Source: Chrysomallon squamiferum (Eukaryota; Animalia; Mollusca). Taken from it: 64,000 nucleotides of DNA. Location of the stretch: positions 32,612,001 through 32,676,000 of the forward strand of contig CM022665.1 in the NCBI GenBank assembly GCA_012295275.1, in the 5' to 3' direction. This document shows, piece by piece, positions 56,526 to 64,000 of this stretch. The number at the start of each line of letters is the position of its first letter. The first letter of the stretch is position 1. Below the pieces are notes generated by a model. The model was not told the origin of the DNA, ran no database searches, and worked only from the letters and a program-made list of their open reading frames with translations. The translations under genes were made by a program, and so were the position numbers.

Positions 56526-58289
56526 AGACAGCAACTATATATTGCTACTAACTAATCATGAATAAAAGTTCATTTGAAAATTTTAATGTGTTGTAGTATT
56601 TGACTTCTTTCATTATTTAAATAATGCTTAACCATAATATTTTTAAACATTAAAATATTTAACACAAGGTTTCATTAAAGAAATAATCATTTATTATCTG
56701 CAAATGCTCTAATTACTGCTGTATTTATTATTACTATTATTATAATATATTTTTTCAATAGTAATGTATATTATCAGGTTTATAATTTGTCTATAGAAAC
56801 AATTACAGTGGTTTCAAATCAGAACATGGTCTCAAAAATTCCAATCCAAAATTAAGGGATTTTGGTGGGGTTTTTTTTCAATGTAAATGCTTTTTATCAT
56901 TTTAATTGCACATATAAACCTGAAATTAATAGCAAATGCCAAGTATCTGCACTAAATGAATAAATATTTTTTAAATATTCAGCACATAAAATTAATAGTT
57001 AATTGAGAAACAATTGGGTTTTGTATAATGGTGATACTTATAACATGTCTGGTTTTCTATGTACAGCATAGGAAAGTTGTTTGACTGAAGGGTTATAAAT
57101 GTATTCATTAAGAAAAGTGTTGTTAATGACAGGAGAATGCTAATCTTAACCACACATGACACATACACCAGCATCATATTTGTAAACGCAACACACATCA
57201 TATGCATTGTATAGGTAATAACCACGTACACACGCATACACACACATACACACACACAGTTCCATGTATACCATACAGTTAAGAATATAAATTTTTTAAT
57301 ATCATCTTTTTCAAGACTGCAGAGGACTTTTATAATTAAATAATAATAAATAAATGTCAAATAGAATATATTCAGTGTTGTTCTCTACAAAACATTAGTT
57401 ATTTATCAGACAGATTTATATAGTTTTCTTATTAATTAAAAGGAAAATGATTGTTCTTTACAAAGCTTTAAAAATGTTTTAATTTCAGATTTCATGCAGA
57501 GATAATCACAAATCAGAGTTTTTCTAAAAGTGTTGTTAAAACTTCTTATGTTCTGTTCCATGCTTTCAGTTCATCATTGTTTATAATGAGACTTCAAAGG
57601 GGAGATAAGTGAGAAATATGTTTGCATGGACAATATTTGTCTTGCTCGATGGGAAAACACAACATTGTAATAATATCTTGATCAGTATTTATTTCCACAC
57701 ACACTGTAAATGAACATCTGTATGATTTTATATCAAGTGTATCATAATTAATTAACTCATTGTATGTTTTGTTTGTTTCTGTTTACCAACTTGTCATACT
57801 GTTTTTTTTCTATGAAACACCACACTTTGATTTTTTTTTTTTTTTTTCATTTCCTACCCTCACTCCTTTGCTTCCTTTCTTTCAACCTTTCCTTCTTTCC
57901 CTTTATCTTTCTATCTCTGGTTTATAATTTAATTCTAACTCATATTGTTATTAGTGGTATTATACTTTAAAATAAAATGTTAAATGATGTCCAAATATTT
58001 AACTTTGCTTTACTTAATAAAAGAGTTTACATATCTGTTCATTGTGAAATCATGCATTCTGGCATTTTAAAACAAAAATAAAAAACAACAATAACAATAA
58101 TATGTACAGGTTACTTATATCACCCACCATACAGTAATAACCACTGAGATAGAACATAGCTGGCTTCAAACGTTTAACAATGAACAAGACCAATACTGCA
58201 GGTATACCAATAGCTGAACACTGCCATGTTTACCGACTGTGTGTAATGTTACACTGGAGGATTATTAATCAGTGACACAGTAAAAACCT

Positions 58290-58545
58290 GCCCCTATCAG
58301 CCTAACAGAGGTTACTGTTTATAAAAATTAAAGACCTAACACTGGTAAAGAGAATAAAGGTCTAACTTGGTACACCATTATAAAATTAAATGGATTGTGG
58401 TACGTAAACTCAATAGCCTACCTGTGATACACTTGTAATGATCAAAGCCTAACTCTGGTACACCACTAATTGTGATGCAGAGTTTACAGAGCCTTCTTTG
58501 TGTACACCTGTAAGAAGTAAAAGCCTAACTGGTAAACACTTGTAT
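58290..58545. repeat. Degenerate ~35-50-bp minisatellite (aaagcctaactctggtacac..)
   Basis: cctaac..ggta(c/a)ac motif recurs six to seven times. Confidence 0.65.
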
Positions 58546-59272
58546 GTTTGTCATTTGAACAAGGTGTTTACAGGTAGACCAGTTTCTGTGTTGATTGAAC
58601 AAAAGCTATATCGCACCTTAAGGTTATTTCTAGGCAGCTTGTAATCATTTATATGAAAGTATAGTTAGTTTATTTGGAAAAAAAACAACAACAAAAATAT
58701 TATATGCTTGGCACTGATTTGAATGTATTTATATTAATTCCTCTTTGAAAACAGTTGAAATATATTTTAGCTATGATATGTTTAATGTAATGAATTTATT
58801 AACTGTTAGTTAGATAAAATGGAAAAGACAACAAGGACAAAAAAAAGTTAACAGACAAGAAGTTTTATTGTTTTTAAATTTCTTATTGAAAAAATTATAT
58901 GTGTAATAGAATCTGAGAATTATTACTTAAATATATTGTAATTTGAAAACTAAATGTTATTTAATTTGAAAGTTATTCATTTTAAATAGACAAAATGTCC
59001 AGTTAACATATTCATGACCAAGTGACAAGTTCATTTAATCATTTATTTATTTTATTTTATTTTATTTTTAATTTAGTTTTTGTAATATTTAATTTTTTAT
59101 TTTATATATTTTTGAGTATCATTTCATATTATGTTATTTTTTTATTTTATTCAATTTTATTTATTTTTTATTTATTTTGATTCTTTTTATTCACAGAGAT
59201 TTTATATCAAAATATTTATATTATTTCTAGTATATTTCTTAAATGTATTCATAAAATAATTTTATTTTACAG

Positions 59273-59371
59273 GATGGCAGGACATGCATGCATTATGCAG
59301 CTCAGAATGGATTTGCTGAAGTCTGCAAATACTTAGCAAAGAAGAACTGTTCCCTTGATGTTCAAGATGCA
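59273..59371 (+). CDS. ANKRD6: 99-bp single-ankyrin-repeat exon of the ANKRD6-like gene
   Basis: Acceptor ttttacag|, DGRTCMHYAAQNGFAEVCKYLAKKNCSLDVQDA, donor |GTGAGT; phase 0/0, exactly 33 codons. Resembles ANKRD6 [33 protein letters not shown]. Confidence 0.9.
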
Positions 59372-59541
59372 GTGAGTTATTCATTTAACATACACTACAT
59401 CAAGATGCAGTGAGTTATTCATTTAACATACATTACATCAAGATGCAGTGAGTTATTCATTTAACATACTACATCAAGATGTAGTGAGTTATTCATTTAA
59501 CATACACTACATCAAGATGTAACATACACTACATCAAGATC
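59362..59541. repeat. 38-bp minisatellite spanning the splice donor of the 59273-59371 exon (4 full units plus partials)
   Basis: tcaagatg(c/t)agtgagttattcatttaacatacactaca at 59362, 59400, 59438 and 59474; partial units at 59512 and 59534. Confidence 0.95.
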
Positions 59542-60639
59542 TTACTTATTTAATGAACACTATATTATTTTTAAAAAATCTCAGTGAGTTGTTTATTTAA
59601 TATTCACAATATTATATCCTCTAATAGATGTTTCTTTTATTTATTTATTTTTCAAAAATCTCTACTGAATGGTGTTATTGGCTGGGCATTTCTTGCATAA
59701 ACCCACTTTCAATAAATCTTGTCAATTCACTGAAAGGTTTGATCCATTATGTTTGAACTCTTTTCCTTTCTAAATATCTAGACTTAGGCTAGCATTTTAT
59801 TGGCTTATAAACTGATTTCACTTTGAGTTTAGTAATTGTGTTCATAAAAGTTTGATAATAAAATTGTGACATTGAAGCAGGATATATTTTTATTCAGTGA
59901 TAAGGAGGTGAATTATTTTCTTCTTCTTCTTTCTTGTTTTATTTATTTATTATTTTTCATTATAATTTAATTTAAAGTAATGATTTAAATAAAATTTTGA
60001 TAGAGCTTTTCATACTGTAATTGTTTCCTAGATATTTATGTACAAAGGAATAGAGAAGTTGGTTTGTTTTGTTTTTTCAAATCCTGGGAATTATCCCATT
60101 TTAGGCCAACTTCAGAAGAGCATAATTGCAAGATCAGACTTGTTAATTAAACAAAAAATAAAACAACAACAAAACAACCACTTATTAAAATACACCAGTG
60201 TTTAACTGCAGACAAGAAAGAAACAGGCTTTAATTTTGTTTTGAAAATGGATACATTATATATATTGGACATCTTTTGTGTAAAAAGTGAAGTTTAAAAA
60301 AAGTTCTTTATCATTATTTATTTTATTAGATATATTCTAGTCTGTTTTTCCAATGATTAACAGATGTGCACTTCAAAATGTCACTTCCAGTGTCAGTTTA
60401 CAAAATAAATGAGCACAAATTAAAAAACAAAAACAAACTATATATATATGCATACACATATACATACAAGCCAAAGAAAAATAAGTTGGTGAAAACCTTT
60501 TGACTTCAAACCAAAACAAGTGAAATAACATTACACCCTTCATTGATGCCCAGTATGTAGTTAATCAAAAGACAGTAATAATCATTTCAGTGAATAAATA
60601 ATGTTGTGTTTGTCTTGATATTCTTTCTCTCTTGTACAG

Positions 60640-60714
60640 TGTGGATTGAGACCTGTCACAGCAGTGCTATCAAAACAAATAACTGAGACTGTGCTAGTGC
60701 TGAAGAAATCATAG
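60640..60714 (+). CDS. Candidate alternative terminal exon encoding a degenerate ankyrin-like segment
   Basis: Strong acceptor ttctttctctcttgtacag|, phase 0: CGLRPVTAVLSKQITETVLVLKKS*. Confidence 0.35.
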   Translation, partial: CGLRPVTAVLSKQITETVLVLKKS

Positions 60715-63700
60715 TGTTTATGTCCTTTTCGTTGTATTTGTAGCATTTTCTGATTTCTGAACCCATAAAACTGGTGATCCAGTTAAGATATTTTTCTTAC
60801 ATGCTAAACGTATCGAGCTGTTGTATTTTCTATTATTGTTACTATATCCTAGACAGCTACATTCTGTTTTAGAGTTCCATGGCATAAGGGAATTCACCTT
60901 TGCAGATGACACACCAGTGATCAGGAACATTCTGTTCCAGGGAAGTTATGTTAGGTGTAGTTGTTTTGGATTAATTATTGTTATTTTGGTTTGTTTCCTT
61001 TTTAAATAGAACATTTCTGCTTTGTTACAGGTTTGCCATAGAGTGTGTACCATAAGTACATTTACCAATTTGTTATATAGCTATGTGTGTTTGTGTGTGT
61101 GAAATAGATTGCAAATTATTATTCTTTTTTCAGATGCTTTTTGGATATACATTTCAAAATCTATATAACTAATGAAAAAAAACCCACCAGTTTAACATTC
61201 ACTGCCAAATTTTTTATTTCAATATATTTCAGAATTTAATATTGCAAATATATTGCAACTTTATGATGATGGATATGGATTTATTTCTTTTTACTTTTCA
61301 TCCAGCCTTCTCAAAACAAACTGTCAAAAACATATTTTTTTATGTGTTTATCCACAGGATGACTTTCTTTATTGCCGGGGTGTTGAACCTGCGTACACTG
61401 TGCATTTTCAAGTGATTTTTCTTCAGTAACTTGTGTAAATAGGGATATCCCACGGTCTGTTTGGATGTAATCCCTTAATCCCTAACCATCAGGCATCTGA
61501 AAAACATTCAGAAAATGTCTTTGTGTGAGAGACTTGCCCGACATAAACCATCCATAAATTATTATAATGGCAGCTAAGTGCTGTTGATAAAAGCATTCTC
61601 ATGCTGAAACAGACATCACATTCAGAAGATATTTTGTGTTAGTTTTTCTTTTCCCCAGCTTGAATGAACACTTATATTCCATTCACTTGTGTGAAGTATT
61701 ACTTATTTTTTTCTTCTTTTCCAAATCTTATAAGAATATACATTAGTTATTTTGTTAACTTTGAGACATCAGCTAGGGTTTTAAAAAATAAATTTATGAA
61801 TCATTTTGTACTTGGAGACTCATATCTATGAGTCAGAATTATTTCTTTTTAAACTTTTAAAATAATAAGCTGAGTTCCTAATCTGTACCAGCCATCTAGG
61901 CTGGTATACTTTAAATCAAACCAAGACTTGTGGCAGCCTTAAAAAAAAATAAAATAAAATAAAACCAAACAAAAAAACAAATCTGTCCTGTTATACTTAC
62001 CTGTTTCTTTTTTAATTTTTAATTTATTTTTTCAGACCTTTATTGTTTCTTTTAATACTTTCATTTGTGGAGATTACATTTGCATTTATTAATGATTACA
62101 ACAACAGTATTTTTAATTTCTATGTTTATTTTGTAATTTTTAATTTTTATTATAATTATATTATTATTAAAATTATTATTGTTGTTGTTATTGTTGTTGT
62201 TATTATTCTGATAAATTCAAAACTTTGAAGAAGCGTATTTTATTATGAAATAAACCAGGGATTATATGTGATTGAAATAAAGTGTAGACTGCAACAGTGA
62301 TATTTAAAATAACAATAAAAATAAGAATTTAAAAAAAAAAAAGAAAAAAAAAAGATAGAGAATAAGAGAGAGACATGTGTAAAATTTGCTGGCAAATATA
62401 AAATATTCATAATTTATGAATATTTATTTATGTCATTTTTAGGGAATTTTTCACATCAGAAAAAACTATCAACAAGCAGCTATGTTTACCATAGTTTTAA
62501 TAGGGAATGATAATTCCATGCCCTTGTTATTTAATTCACATTTCAGTGTAATTTTCATATCCAAATCATAGTTAGAAGTCATCAGACTTGTCAAAAAATT
62601 AATTGTTGTGAATTTTCTCTCCATATTTTCATAGTGGATATTTGAGTTAATCTCAGCTTTTAACATTGACATTGTATTAGTTCTTTGCTTGACAAGAATG
62701 GTTGATGACACTACCTATCTTCACTAACGTCTACTTAAGAGAAAACAGTGATATCTAAAAACAAGAAGTACTATCTTATTCATTATTTCATCTAATGTTA
62801 TGTAAGATTATTTTGGCTTATATTAAAAATTAAATATAATGCTTGACATTTTACAAACTGAAATTTAATCACATTCTACCTTTCTTTTCTTTTTTTTTTC
62901 TTTTTTCTTTTCTCATCTTTTTTTTTCTTTTCTTTATTATCATAGTTAAGAATTTTCTTTATATGTTCATACTTTTATTATTAAAATAAAGTTGAAAAAG
63001 ATTTTTAAATTAAAGTTTGGAGGTTTTTCTTCTGAGATTTCTGTTTTATTTTTTTTAATTTCTATAATTTATTGCCATAATATATATATATATTTTTTTA
63101 TATATATATATAATTGTTTTTAATTAACCGTTTTAAATTTTCCATGAAAAATGAGAAATATATTCATGAACTAAGTAAAATTAGATAATGGCACTGCCAT
63201 AAAATCTTTAAAAATAATAATTATTATTATGATTATTATCTTTTTTATATATATTATTTTATTTATTAAATTATTTATATATATTTTTAATTATTTAAAA
63301 AAAAATTCATTAAAAAGAAAAAAGAAAAACTATATTTGTAAACTGAGAAAGGTTATGGTGATCTGAAAGTTAGGTAACACAACCCACACCATTAACAACA
63401 GTCAGTGTTGTTCAACTGGTGGCATTCACTTGGAACCTGTATAAATTGCTTTTATTGTGTATCTATTAATAAATATGAAAAACCTTAAAATATAGTCATT
63501 TCCAAAATCACATCACCTTTTGTGTACAGATAAAACATGTTGGTGGTTTCTATCTTATTTGTAGTTTTATTTATTTATGATAAATTATATTTTAAAAAGA
63601 AATAAAAATAATAAAACAAACTATGAAATAAATGTACAAGATTGATTTTCAAAAGGCATTAATAAATAGACAAACATCAAAGAGAAAATAAACATTTGTC

Positions 63701-64000
63701 TTAGCTGTAATCTTCATAAAATTAACATAATAGATTTTATTTATAGAGCTGTAAAACAAATATTCTTGTCTTTTTATTCTCACTGAATTGTTTTTTATCA
63801 TTTATTTCTATTTGTTTGTTTATTTGATGATTCAGTTCCAATATACATTTTTTTGTGTGTGTGTGATAAAATTTTGATCATGTCAGAAGTGATAAATATA
63901 ATTAATGTACACGCTTATGAAATTATTAATTAAATAGATTGTAAAGTAAATTTTGAGTTTCATTACTATACAAAAAATTCATGAATCAGTTAAAAAAAAA

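Noticed and set aside
24676-56551. Three ORFs sharing WLEWE as a small protein family
   Set aside because: The motif comes from a dispersed SINE-like repeat and the surrounding residues are unrelated.
59362-59541. CRISPR-like array of ~38-bp repeats
   Set aside because: Head-to-tail units without unique spacers, eukaryotic intron context, no cas genes.
51055-60714. Myotrophin or generic ankyrin assignment
   Set aside because: The first two repeats and the exon break fit ANKRD6 better by recalled sequence; orthology still needs a reciprocal search.
60821-61009. FADD motif suggesting reverse transcriptase
   Set aside because: No other RT motifs; the 62-aa frame is otherwise unremarkable.
61030-61430. 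Further acceptor-like sites (61030, 61133, 61357) as the next ankyrin exon
   Set aside because: Phase-0 translations are not ankyrin-like and lack a 99-bp donor.

Overview
AT-rich, microsatellite-rich eukaryotic (invertebrate, probably mollusc/gastropod-like) genomic DNA; no prokaryotic operons, rRNA, tRNA genes or CRISPR seen. About 1-13 kb is CpG-containing upstream DNA with five long (AG)/(CT) tracts. From about 13.2 kb onward CpG is visibly depleted, consistent with a methylated gene body. That gene is a + strand ankyrin-repeat gene most similar to ANKRD6/Diversin, with coding exons at 51055-51200 and 59273-59371, a likely first exon ending at 12978 and a ~38 kb first intron; it probably continues past the window. 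The first intron holds a 3.18 kb internally deleted Academ (XPG-nuclease/Cys8 type) DNA transposon with 437/602-bp terminal inverted repeats and an ATA target-site duplication, a 581-bp Tc1/mariner MITE, a deleted Tigger/pogo element and many decayed SINE-like fragments. The most interesting signals are: up to five short ATG-initiated phase-1 mini-exons that would all splice in frame onto the common ankyrin exon (a candidate multi-promoter, variable N-terminus array); a minisatellite that copies the donor of the 59273-59371 exon four times; a candidate ankyrin-like alternative terminal exon at 60640; and the unusual architecture of the Academ element. All alignments and translations were done by eye and family assignments rely on remembered motifs, so they need database confirmation.
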